This document shows positions 25,986-38,205 of a stretch of 64,000 nucleotides of DNA, piece by piece. Within the stretch, counting starts at the first letter, position 1. Each line of letters begins with the position of its first letter. Origin of the DNA: Callorhinchus milii. Its lineage: Eukaryota. Under the pieces are notes generated by a model. It was not told the DNA's origin, searched no databases, and saw nothing but the letters and a program-made list of their open reading frames with translations. The stretch is taken from NCBI RefSeq assembly GCF_018977255.1, contig NW_024704742.1:108006001-108070000 (forward strand), written 5' to 3'. The translations under genes and the position numbers were made by a program.

Positions 25986-26924
25986 AACCAATAATTTCTA
26001 GCTTCCTGTACAGATATTCAAAAGTATACCAAAACTTGACATTTTAAATCCATATTTATAAATGCATCGTGTTATTTTGAGGTTCGGTCCAACAATTAGT
26101 GACAGTATTCCATCACTCCAAAAACTGAATGGGATTTCTAACTTTACTCCAGTAAAATGTCAGAGCTGTCAATCACTGTGATTTATCACACATCATACTC
26201 CCAAGACAATTTTTTTTACCCAGAGAAAAGAAGAATTCAAGATGTCATCAGTATTCTAGATGAGTAGGGTGGATATGTGCGATTAAAGAGAAAATCATTT
26301 TTAGGCCTTCATTGATCCGAGCTAGACATCTATAATCTTCACAGCCATTCAAACAAGGCAAGTGCTGACCCCCAAATCAATGAGTCAGAAGATAACTCTT
26401 CTTGGTTTCCATAAATCTATTTTAGCACCAACATTTTTACTTGAGTTGGAGCGTGCCTGTCAATGAGCAAAGGATCCATATTGAACCCCATCTGATTGAC
26501 ATGCTTAATTGAATAGCTGCGTCACAGCCTTTTCTTTAAAATAATCCTCCCCCATATTAAAATCAGCACAGCAAATCAGCAGTTTCACTTACAAAATACA
26601 GTCACTGTACTCTGCAGTAAATCCTGTAAAGCGTTTTGACATTTCAACAGTGTGGTAAGAGGTTATATTAAATGCAAGAATTTTTCATATTATAACAATA
26701 AATACAAATTGTACATTGATAATAGTGGCTTTCCTGTTGGGAAGATGACCCAAAGATGACTGAAAGCATCTCAATATCAAAGAGATATTATTAATAATAA
26801 TATTTTACGTTTGTTTCTGGCCACACGTTCTTCAACAATTTTTAAACTGTTTTTTCCAATGAGAGCCTCTTAATTGATGTTGCCCTATCCTAAGTTTGTA
26901 ACCTTTTCAAGCTGCATTGACCTG

Positions 26925-27289
26925 AAACTCCCTTCACTCAGCGGGCACTGGCCCGCTTCACTTCCGACACCATCAACAGTTCAGTCTATCTGCTCCCAAT
27001 TTCTGGAACCCCATCCCAGAGTCCCTCCGACTTGTTCCCTGCCTTACCACTTTCAAAGTCCATCTCAAGACCTGACTCTTTGACCATGCCTTCGGCCCCT
27101 TGCCACCCCCCCTTTGGCTCCCACCCCCAACTCAGGTGTGTGCTTTACAGGATTTACTGCTTTGTGTGGTGACTGTTTTTACATTTGTATAGCATCTTTC
27201 ATGTCGGGAGGACGTTCCCAAGGTGCTTAACAGGACTGTTAAGAGCCTTGGAATATCCTTCCGGCCTGAAATATAAATTTGTTGTTGTT
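26925..27289 (+). mobile_element. Degraded L2 3' fragment with fold-back tail
   Basis: ctggaaccccatcccagagtccctccg and tcaagacctgactctttgaccatgccttc blocks; inverted tail at 27181-27289. Confidence 0.7.
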
Positions 27290-30200
27290 AGTAATTGTGA
27301 TCTGCCTTAACCCATAGTTTTAAAATATTACATTTTAACTTGATTGACCTGTAGAAGACAACAATTTTGCCCTGAATATCCTATTTTGCCCAATTAGAAA
27401 AATGTTTGCCATTTTGTGATATGGGAAACTAAATTTATTTTTAGATTATGAATTTGTTCACTTAAAAATGTAACTAGAAACCTCATCTAAAAATCACAAA
27501 AAAAAAATCAGATCACGAAGTGAGTTAATTGCTAATCAGCATCATGCACAACATGTGGCATTGCAACATCTATAAAAATACACATGCAGAAGATGCACAT
27601 CAGGGCAAACAAGGAAAAAGTTCAATGCGAATCTTGCAAGCATTCATGTGAATGTTTTGAACTGTAGAAAAATGAAAAGCCTGAGGGACCTTTATAAACT
27701 GTGCATTGTACTGAACAGCTTTTAGAAACTGCAAAACTTTCTGCTCAGTAATTTTATAAAGCTCAAATGTATAGTTTAGAGAGAAGAGATACAATCAGTG
27801 GTCTGTTATTTGATGAACAAGTTAATTCAATCAGTCTCACGAATTTTCTGACAGAACTGGCATGCTTTTCATTCATTTTTTGGAATTTCTCATTGTATAA
27901 AGATCATGCAACACCATACAGTAAATAATCCATGTACTGTAACTAAAAGCCCCCAAACTAAACGGGCTCTAATTTAATTTACTTCAATGATGTAGAAAGA
28001 TCAGCTGATATCTCACGTTGAAAAACAAATTTATCTGAAGTAAATAAAATCTCCTTCAGAAAACTACAATATTTCTGTGTTAGAAATTGAGATTATATTC
28101 CAGTAGCAGGATGGACCAGTGGATGAATAACAGGTAAAATACATTACATTTACATTGGGCCCTGTCGTATGATATACTTCATTGAATTAAAATCGATTCA
28201 AATCTCATTCTCAGTTAAGCACACCCTTCCTCACCACTGAAGCTGCAACAAACTTTTCAATATAAAACATTTATTGTGTAGATCATTTTAATTGTATAGA
28301 CATTGTAAATTCAGGCTTCTTGACAGTACATTGAATGCAGGATTTGTGAGAGCAAATTGGATTATGCCAGAAATCGTAGAAACTGAAACTCACTTTAGTA
28401 AACTACTCTAATGCTTTGGTGGGGCTGCGTTTCCACTTCTTCTTTGGATTTTTTTTGGATTATGCTCTGTGCTATACGCCACATAAAGTCTTTATGTGAC
28501 TCGGAGGCACAACACTATAAAGGGAAGAAGTAGATTCAGTCTGAAACACTCCCACACAAACCCTCGAGAAAAATGTCCATGATAATTCCATCTATCTGTT
28601 CTCTAGGTCAGTTATTTTAACTGTCTTGGTTAACCCATAAGATTTAATCTGAATCGAAAGATATGAATCTGCTCCAACACTGAAGAAATACGGTCAGGCT
28701 ATCTACACGATTCTGAATGAGCTGTACAAGTCATTTATGCCAACAGTACAGGATCTGCTACAGCAGCATGTTAACATTCTGCAACAACCTGAAAACCTAC
28801 AGGAACGCCAGGAACAAAACTTCTCACATTGCCTCTCCTGCCTGTATAACTTGTCTTGCTGGCACAGATTTTCCCTGGAGTCTGTCCCATCTGTACAAAG
28901 CTATGACTTGAAAATCCAAGTTGCTGCAGCATTCATCAATTAGTTTATGAGAAACTTGTGACTCGCCTGCTGGTATGCCAATACACTTTCTCCAGTCTTT
29001 CTACACCCTTAAAACAGCAATCAAGAGTAATTTCATGAGAAATATAGCCTTGGCATCCAAGTCCATAAGAGCATTTAAAAGGTAATTGGATTAACACTTG
29101 ATAATGTAGTAGGAGAGCAGGAGAATAAGATTACAATGACAAAGCGATAAACTTTCTATGATTCTACAATAGTCATCTGTGGTGCAACGGCCACATGTGG
29201 TCATGCCCTGTGATAGTAGTTTGCTTAATGTGTGGTGGTCGGCAGAAAAATGTCTGAGCTGTTCCAGAAATAAATCGCCTTCCCCTCCACCCCATTGCGT
29301 CGTGCATATTAGAGTGCCATTGTTACGACCACAGAGGGAAGAAGCACTTGATATTGTATTATGGAGCAACTTGCAGGGTTATGTGGGAATCAGTATGACG
29401 TCTAAAGTGTGCACATGAATCAATCTGATAAAACAATTGACCATACAGCCGTATTGTTTAGGTGATTTAAACTAATTTAATATGCTTATGCACCTTTTAG
29501 GATAAGTTATCTTTTGGTCAACTTTTACCTCAATAACTTGAAGAAAACGTCACAAAGCAGCATGACTATTTGTTCAAATAGATCTATTCTGATATCGTTA
29601 ATTATATGCGTCAAGATTAAAAGCCACAACGTCGCAATAGTCACCAAATCATCAAAGCTTGCTCCCTTCCCACAGCTCTTCAGCATCCAAGGAAATTGGA
29701 TTTTTGACAATTCTGAATGAGATCCTTGGCACAATAAAGAAAAAAATGGGCCTCTTTAAAAGATAGATCTTTTTGACCAGCATCTGATAATGACCGGCTT
29801 TGCATGTCTAAGACATAGTAATTAAGGATGTGCAGCTGGTACTTCTTCAGAATTTCCTATGTGGTACAATTTGTCAAGATTTTTTGTTGATCTTTTGACA
29901 TCTTCATCATGTTTTATTGATCGTGACAAATTTTACGTACCAGATAAAGACGCATTTGGCAAGCATTTTTAAAACACCATATCTGATGAATATTTTACAG
30001 CAAATTAATTACATGCTGCAAATTATAATACGTTGGTGTTTCTTTACTATTATAAAGAAATGTTGAGAGCTTTGAAATGTGGATAGAAATTACTTAGATT
30101 TAATCACAGTGTTTAAAACTACAATAAGCTAAATGTTCATGTTCAAACTTTGAGAACAGTCAGCCCAACTGAGATACAGTGCTCTATCACATCACAAGGA

Positions 30201-30684
30201 CATTCACCATTTAGTGGCAATGGAGAGTTTGGGGATCTGGGACAGAAAGCAATAGAAAAACAAAGTGGTGGCCAAACAGGAGCACAACCTCATCAATTAA
30301 TAATAATGCATTCCGGCTGTAAAGCATCAAATTAGAGGACAACACCAACTTGCATTTATTTAACATCCTTCATTTAGGATAATGCTTTGAGTGCTTCATA
30401 AAGACAAAGTCAGGCACTGAGCAAGGGAGAAGTGCCAGGTGGCAGTAGGAGTAGGTTTTTAGATGAAATTTAAAAACAGCGAGAGAGAGAAACAGAAGGG
30501 AAAGATGAGGTATTGGAGATGCCCCGTTTTTACTGAGGTGGTAAACCAAGCTCCTATCTGCCTCTTCTTCAAGCAGATATTAATGATTCAATAGCATTTT
30601 AAGGAGAGTTCTAGGGGGTAGGGGTAGAACAATTGAAGGTCAGGAAGATTTCAAATTGATAACCTATTCACAATTAACTTATGT

Positions 30685-30858
30685 GCAAGCAGTTGTGGAT
30701 TGAAAATGATCAATTTATTATTGTTTTTTGTTTTCGAGGGATTATTATTAGGCATGTGGAGTAAGGAAACTTGCCCAAGGTTTCGCCCTGCCTGGAATTG
30801 AACTCAGGTCTCTCACTTGCAAAGCGAGTGCTCTAACCACTGAGCTACAGGAATCCAC
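30685..30858 (-). mobile_element. tRNA-SINE 5' half
   Basis: Near-identical head to 2330-2488. Confidence 0.85.
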
Positions 30859-32059
30859 AAGCTGTTGAACCAAGCTCCCATTTGCCCATCTTCAGATGGA
30901 TATTAAAGATCCCATGACATCATTTGAAAAGAGAAAGGCATTTCTCCTGCTGTCCTGGTCAAAAATCCTCCAGATAAATTGGTTAATTACTTCATGGCTG
31001 TTACTATATTGGGACAAATGGCAATTGGCTTTTGACTCAGGGATTTTGACTGCTGGCTGGCGGGATGACTTCTATTCTGAGTTCTTCTTTAGTGACCAAA
31101 TAATATTCCACTAATGGGCGGCCAAAAGCCTCCACCCACAAGCGAGAATTCAAATGACGTGGACTTTACTTCATGAATGTTGTCATTGAAGACAGAATCA
31201 AGGGGGTCTTCTCGGGGGCATTCAGGGAACATTCAATGTGATAAATATTATCGAAATTCACTCAAAGGTTTCATCAATTTGTGGCACTACGTGCTGACTA
31301 CTGTTGTGCCACTGAGCTGTGGGTTATTGCCGTGGTTTTACACAGCTGTGAAGTTAGCTGACAGAAGCAACCCTCCAGCAGCTGAAAGTACTTTGTGAAT
31401 AGGGTCACTGTGTCCACAGCACAATAGAGCATTTCATATAAGAAGCTTGTCTGCAGATTCCTTCTTTGGTCTCTAGAATACACTGACATACCACTGCAAG
31501 TAAATCACAAGATCATAACAGAATTTTGGATGAAGAAGTTCCTTTTTCATTTGATCTCAATCCTTCCAGCATACCCAGCCTACTGTCTTCCCATTACCAA
31601 ATTAAGCTATTTCTTAATTCAATCCAATATACTGGCCTCAACTACCCTTCCTGGTAACCCTTTCTTGATAACCTACTGACAGACAATTTAAAAATCTTTC
31701 ATTGTCACTACAATTCCTACATAAAAGAAAACAAGAAGTACAAGGCGAACAGAGTTTTGAAAGACCATTGTTTCTCTGACTCTTAAGAAGTTCCATTCAC
31801 ACCAAGCTGTGACCGAGTCCAGTGTGCTGACAGAAATGCTGCTGTAAACAAAACACAATATTACTGTTGATGTTCATCCTCTCTCCCTCCACAGATTGAA
31901 AAGCTCTTTGAAGTAAATTCAATGCACAAAAGGCTACCATCTTTGAATCATTCTTGGGATGTCCACCCAACGTGAAAGATGCTATACAAATTTAATTTGT
32001 AGTTGATGTTGGTTAAAATTCAAAGAACCCGTGTAGAGCTTGTGGGGTGCAAAACGGGC

Positions 32060-32178
32060 TTTGGAAACACTGATTTCCCTTCTCCCTCTCCCATGGCTCG
32101 TTGTCAGACTCTATCACTGTGAAGCGCTCCGGGACGCTACCCAGCGTGAAGGGCACTATATAAATGCAAGTTGTTGTA
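32060..32178 (+). mobile_element. L2 3' tail
   Basis: gtgaagcgctccgggacgctacccagcgtgaagggcactatataaatgcaagttgttg. Confidence 0.75.
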
Positions 32179-32714
32179 TCTGTGTGTGTGTGTGAACGAG
32201 AGAGAAGAAAAGAAAGCTCAACTTGTCATTTCTGACAGCAAGTCTGCAGACAGAGTGAGAAGACAGAGAGAAACTGACTGTTTGCTAAAAGGAGAACTTT
32301 GAAACTGGTAGCTTTTCTATTTTGTTTTTTGTTATTTTATGTTATTCCTTTTATTTACTCCTTTAGATTCTCTATTACGTATATGTATTATCTTATTCTT
32401 AACACAAAAACAACTTGCATTTATATAGCTGCCTTCATGCAGGGAAGCGACTCGGAGCATAAATGGATTGTTGATTACATTATAACTGGAAAAGAAAACA
32501 AGTCAGATTGTTGAGATTTTCACCTGATATCCACGAGACTGAGAAAGAAAATGCCAGTTTTCAAATTGTCTGTCCTGGGCCAGTCAGGACTTTTCAATTG
32601 TAACTGCTACAAGGGCTCGAGAGGAGAGATTCAGGGTGTAGCTGAAATTGGTAGCCACGTTGTGAGTGGGCTACGATGGGACTTTGATGAGCCTGAAGTC
32701 AGACAGTTACAATA

Positions 32715-33135
32715 AAATCATAATATGTTCTATGTAAAGAAATATTTCCTGATCTAAAATACATTTAATCTAAAATTGAGCTTCATAATCTTGTACTTGT
32801 GCCTCGTGAACTGGCCGCTTTGACAATGAAAGTCTTGTTATGAGTTAAACATAAGAACATAAGAAATGCTAGACGAAAAAAGATCAAGGTCCATCTAGTT
32901 CGCCTTCCACCTTCCTGGGGGTCGCATGCATGTATGCACAAACTACCTATGTTCTATATCCCATAATGTTATTTCCTAAAAGAAAAAAAATCTGTGTTTG
33001 AAAGTTTACTTCCTCTATCCAATTTAGGATCTTCTGAACATATTGAAGGCATCTCTGAGATGTCTCTTTTCAAGGCTGAAGAGCCCTGGTTAATCTAGTT
33101 GATCCTTATATATCATACCTCATACACCGGAGTTC
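32715..33135 (-). mobile_element. CR1 fragments, including a 3' end
   Basis: aacataagaacataagaa terminal repeat; tctcttttcaaggctgaagagccct block. Confidence 0.6.
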
Positions 33136-33247
33136 AAAGCTTTATGCTTAATTAAAAATGATGTGTTGCCAGCTCTACACATAAGATAGCTGCAACAAGT
33201 AATGAATAAAATTTCAATAAAAATTTGTTTCAATTATTTTTTAAAAA

Positions 33248-33442
33248 ATTGCTATCCATTGACCCCTGCTGTAAAGCGTACATTAGCCTCCACTCCCCCC
33301 CCCAACCCCCCAACTGAGTAGTCTTCCCAATCCAGGATAATAAATTAAAAAATGCCATTTGAGCAAACTACCAGAGGACTACTGAGACTCATGGATTTGT
33401 ATTCCAGTTAGTAAATACTTTCAGAACAGGAGGATGAGGAGG
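33248..33442 (+). mobile_element. LF-SINE-like 3' relic
   Basis: ttgctatccattgacccctgctg shared with ~5676-5698; aatgccatttgagcaa and ctttcagaacaggagg blocks. Confidence 0.55.
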
Positions 33443-35755
33443 GGATACAAGTCTTACTGAGCTCCATTTTCTAAAGCTCCTAATCTTTTGCAGAAGACAG
33501 TGACAAACAAATTCAATTCCTGGCTTTCTGTATTGCTTCCAAAGGGTTATTGGCAAGATACAACTAAGACACGCAAGAATTATTTTGGCACAATCTAATC
33601 ATTTAAATAAACTTATTTCATGAAGAACACAAGGTGACACTTTGTGGGCACTGACTGATACAATCTCCTCTCATTTACTCACTTTCAACGACTTCCCAAC
33701 AACTTGCTCTCACTATGTCCATAAATGAGCTAAATCTCAGTTTATGGTTTATCATCTATGCTTACACAATGCTTTTCAACTCAAGCTAATGAAGACTTAA
33801 CATTTTTCAATAATAGAGGATATTAAGCAACAATTCAACTCAAGAAATGTAAGAAACCTAAGCAAACCAATCTAAAGTTGGCAGCAAATTCAATTTCTTA
33901 AATTAGTTCAAAGGATTTAACTCTTTGTTTAGCAATTGTGTCGAAGTTTGTACAAAGGCCAAAATTGTGGTTTAATACAACAGACAGAATTAAATACTGC
34001 AGTATAAAATTTAAAAGGAAAGCAATCAAAGTCTTAAAAATACTCTGGGTCATAGATAATGTAGAAGTAAACAGGTTATTCAACTGACCACAGGAGAACT
34101 GGGGTATGATCACTAAATTAACAAGCCTCAAGTGAATCTGGAGGAATCCCCTCAACTTGCCCAGACACAGATGCACACCAGAAGCAACAGTAATTTGGCT
34201 CCCAGCAAACCACATTAATGGTTAACTTCTTTGAAAAGTGGACGTATATCTCATTAAGAACAAGTTAAAGGATTACCATGTTTTTTGCAACAGTTGAAAC
34301 TATGAAACATGATCGTTCCTGTCCTGTTGGAACCACAAAAATGTTGACTGTGATGCACAACTGGCCTGTGTTTGGATAATAATTGTTTATTTTTTTAAGA
34401 CTGATTGATATTATTCCACGAGATTTCCAGGGTGGGGGAAGAAAGACAGAAATGTCATAGTTTCATTATCTTGAAAACAACCTGTGGTTACTCACCTAGC
34501 TCAGGACATTAAGTAAGTAGCATAGAGTCCACCATGGGGCAAACTCTATGGTCCGTGAAGTATGAACAGAACTAATCTTGTCCTATTATATTTTCTAATG
34601 GTTCTTCTGTTCTTAATAGCAAAGATGCAAATTAACAATTCGTATCCTCAGTACTTAATGAATCGAACAGTATGCAGTAAAAGGCTTCAATGGCACTGTC
34701 ATTCCCAGTAAATCTGTTCAATTTAAATTGGTTTATGTGGATTTTTATTTCAAGGAAAGAATTCTACATTGGTTTCCAGTGCAATTAGATGTTCTTCTAT
34801 ACTTCATTCAAATACTTTTCTGCCCACTTAAAGCTGAATGTGTCAAGATAGAGCAACAGGTAAGGATACCGAATCAGTGTGATGTAATTTGCCATCTCTG
34901 AAAAATATGATTTTTCTTTAATTAAAATCACTCTATGACTAGCAAATTTGTTTGAGGCTTAAACAAATGAAGACTAATGCTCAGTAGCAAAATAGGTGCC
35001 AAATGCAGCACAATAATTCTCATGCAAGCTCAGTTATCTCTGATTTCTCACTATCAGCAAAGAAGGTGAGTGTTACTCAAAAAGCCAACTGCAGCCAAGA
35101 ACAGTAGCAATCGTTACCAAGCAACAAATCAAGAGTAAATACAGCAAAGCAAAAAAGTTTAACCAGTTATCCAACATAGTGAGATTATTTACCGTTATTT
35201 CACGGCAGGTTTATGTGATTGGCACACAGTTCATTTTATTTGAAGAAATCTTGCTCTCAGGAAATTCACCCTCCTAAATTCATGTTTAATAATGAATGAA
35301 GAACAAACAAGGTGAAGGCTTGAAGTGCTAAAATCCCATCCGGCTTCAAGACTTGTGACCATTATTTTGTTATCCTCAACTATATTGCACACCAACCCTC
35401 CGTTCATTCCATTCTTCCCTCCTCCCCTCCGTGGTAAACTCACTAGTTTCATAGCATGTGGGCCTCCTGTTGAAACTAATTCTCTGAGCTACAGAGCTGT
35501 GAGGTCATCCCACCCAAAGTGCACACTAATAATGAAAAAATGTAGTGCTAAAAACACTGTGTGGGAGGTGCAGAATTTATTCATACAATTCAATAGTGTG
35601 AATCATGGAAATATAACCAGCTAAAATTGTGATGCTCAGTGCACTTTGTATGGGGAAGACTGACTGCTTCACGTTTCCCCCCAGGCCAATGGAGCTCTGT
35701 AAGCAAAGATGAATTGATAGATGTTAGACTTGTAGAGCCTAATGTGAGAAAGACT

Positions 35756-36070
35756 ATAATAATAATAATCCTTGCATTTGATATAGCGCTTTTCACGTCG
35801 GGAGGATGTCCCAAAGCGCTTCACAGAACACACTGTAAAGTGAATTGACTGTATATTTGTGGGCGAACACGGCCGCCAATTGCGCACAGCAATGTCCCAC
35901 AAACAGTCGTAGATTGAAAATGACCAATTTATTATTGTTTTGTTTTGGAGGGATTATTATTAGGCGTGTGGAGTAAGGAAACTTGCCCAAGGTTTCGCCC
36001 TGCTTGGAATTGAACTCAGGTCTCTCACTTGCAAAGCGAGTGCTCTAACCACTGAGCTACAGGACTCCAC
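35756..36070 (-). mobile_element. Full-length young tRNA-derived SINE
   Basis: Near-identical to 2173-2488 and 51104-51419. Confidence 0.92.
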
Positions 36071-36190
36071 TTACAGTTAATTTACAATGCATTAAGGTCA
36101 CTTTTTAAAAAAAATTGAAATCTTAATCTTAAAATTGATAAGATGTTTTAAATGTCATTTAAAAGGAAACAAAGTGCACAAAGATAGTAC

Positions 36191-37148
36191 TGTACCCCAA
36201 GGATCCATCCTTGGCCCACTTCTCTTCCTCATCTATATATTCCCTCTCGGTGATGTCATCCGCAGACACGGTTAACTTCCACATGTATGTGGATGACACT
36301 CAAATCTACTTTTCGACCCCCAGCTGCGACCCCCAGTCCCCTGCTGTTCTGTCAGCTTGTCATCAGGAGCTGGATGAGTGCAAATTTCCTGCAGATAAAC
36401 GTTAACAAGACGGAAGCCATAGGCTTTGGCTCCCACCAACATCTTCTGCCCCACGACTCCGATCTCCTCAAACTACCTGACCTGTCCTTAAAATTCTCCG
36501 AACCCGTGCGCAACTTAGGCGTCAGGTTCGATCCCCGGTTATCCTTTCTCCCCCATATCCGGTCCCTGACCAGCACGGCTTTCTTTTACCTCCGCCACAT
36601 TGCCCGTCTCCAACAATACCTCACCCCAAAAGCTGCCGAAACCTTTGTCCATGCCTTTGTCACCTCTCGGCTGGACTACTCAAACGCCCTCCTCGCCGGT
36701 CTTCCCTCCTCCACTATTCACAAAATCCAGCTCATTTAAAATTCATTCACCCCCACTAAACCTTTTACACCGATTACTCAAGATTCTCACTCCAGTGTTT
36801 AAATCCCTCCATTCCTTGGCACCCCCTATTTCTCTGACCTCCTCTCTCCCCACAGCAGTACTCGCTGCCTCTGCTCTACTGGATTTGGCCTCCTCCGCGT
36901 CCCCCGAATCCTCCGCTCCACCATTGGCGGCCAGGAACTTCAGCCACTACGCCCTGAAGCTTTGGAACTCCCTCCGTCAACCCCTTCACCTCGCCCACTC
37001 CTTCACCACCTTCAGGTCGCACCTGAAGACTTTCCTTTGACCGCGCCTACGCTCACCTTCTCCTTCCCCCTGGCTCGACCTTTGTTAAGCAGTCAGAGAT
37101 GCCCCCCGGCGTGGAGTGCATTATATAAATGCAATTTGTTGTTGTTGT
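36191..37148 (+). mobile_element. 5'-truncated L2 LINE, RT pseudogene
   Basis: [44 protein letters not shown]; (GTT)n tail. Confidence 0.95.
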
Positions 37149-37789
37149 ACTGTATCAACCTGCACCCAAGTCAGAAAGTGACTAATATAGACAATTTTTT
37201 TAAATGCCTCTCTTTTTAAACAAGTAAGCTTTTTGGTGTGGCTGTTAAATTGCATTAAACTGGCAGCGGTATGAATAAACAATTAGCAGCTTTACCATTC
37301 TGTGTACCAAACAATGAGAATCAAACAATGACGGGATGGAATATGGGTCATATTGGGCTTGTGTTTTAACAGTATGAAGTAGCAAGACAAACCACTGTAT
37401 AGGGCATACAGAATTTAGTCACTGTGTGCAGATATAGACAGGAAAAGCAAAATTACTAAAAGTTATACTCTAAACAAGGTAAAAGATGAACGATGAGACA
37501 TGATCCAGGAGAGAAACAGTGCAGGAGACGAATGGGCAGGAGGTTCCAAGGCAAACCATTACAATATGGAGCCCAATAGTATAGGATAGCCGGTTTTGAA
37601 GAGATTAATCAGACTGTAAACTGATTTCCAGGAGCAAAGACAAGGAATAGGGCAAGGACGATGAGCACAAAAGGAAGGAATTAATTAATTTGAGGCATTA
37701 CAAGTGGGGACAGAGCTATGACAAGACTCTGGTTAGTGGGTCAGATTTGGGCAAACAGTGCAAAGTTATAGTTTCTAGTATTGTTTACA

Positions 37790-38205
37790 TAATAAAACAA
37801 TCTTTACATGTGATATTGCGTGGTTCACATTGGGAGAATGTCTTAAAGCATTTCACAGAATTTAAAGTGAAGCGACTGTGTATTTTGTAAGTGAAAGCAA
37901 CAACCAATTTGCACACAACAGTGTCCCATAAACAGCCATGGAGTGAACAGTCAATTTTATTTGGGGATTTGTTAGGCTGGTTACCTTTTATTTTCAAATA
38001 CTGCCATGGGATCTTTATGTCCACCTGAACAGGCAGACGGGACCTCGGTTTAACGTCTCATGGAGGATGGCACTTTCAATAATGCGACACCTCTCCAGCA
38101 CTGCATTGGAGCATCAGCCTGGAGTGTTGAGTTGAAAGGCCCAACATGGGGCCTGAACCCACAACCTTCTGCCTCAGAGACTACAGTGATGCTAACTGTA
38201 CTGAG
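37790..38205 (-). mobile_element. Deu-domain SINE
   Basis: tgccatgggatctttatgtccacctgaacaggcagacgggacctcggtttaacgtctcat is the reversed Deu core; tRNA-like head near 38150-38205. Confidence 0.75.
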
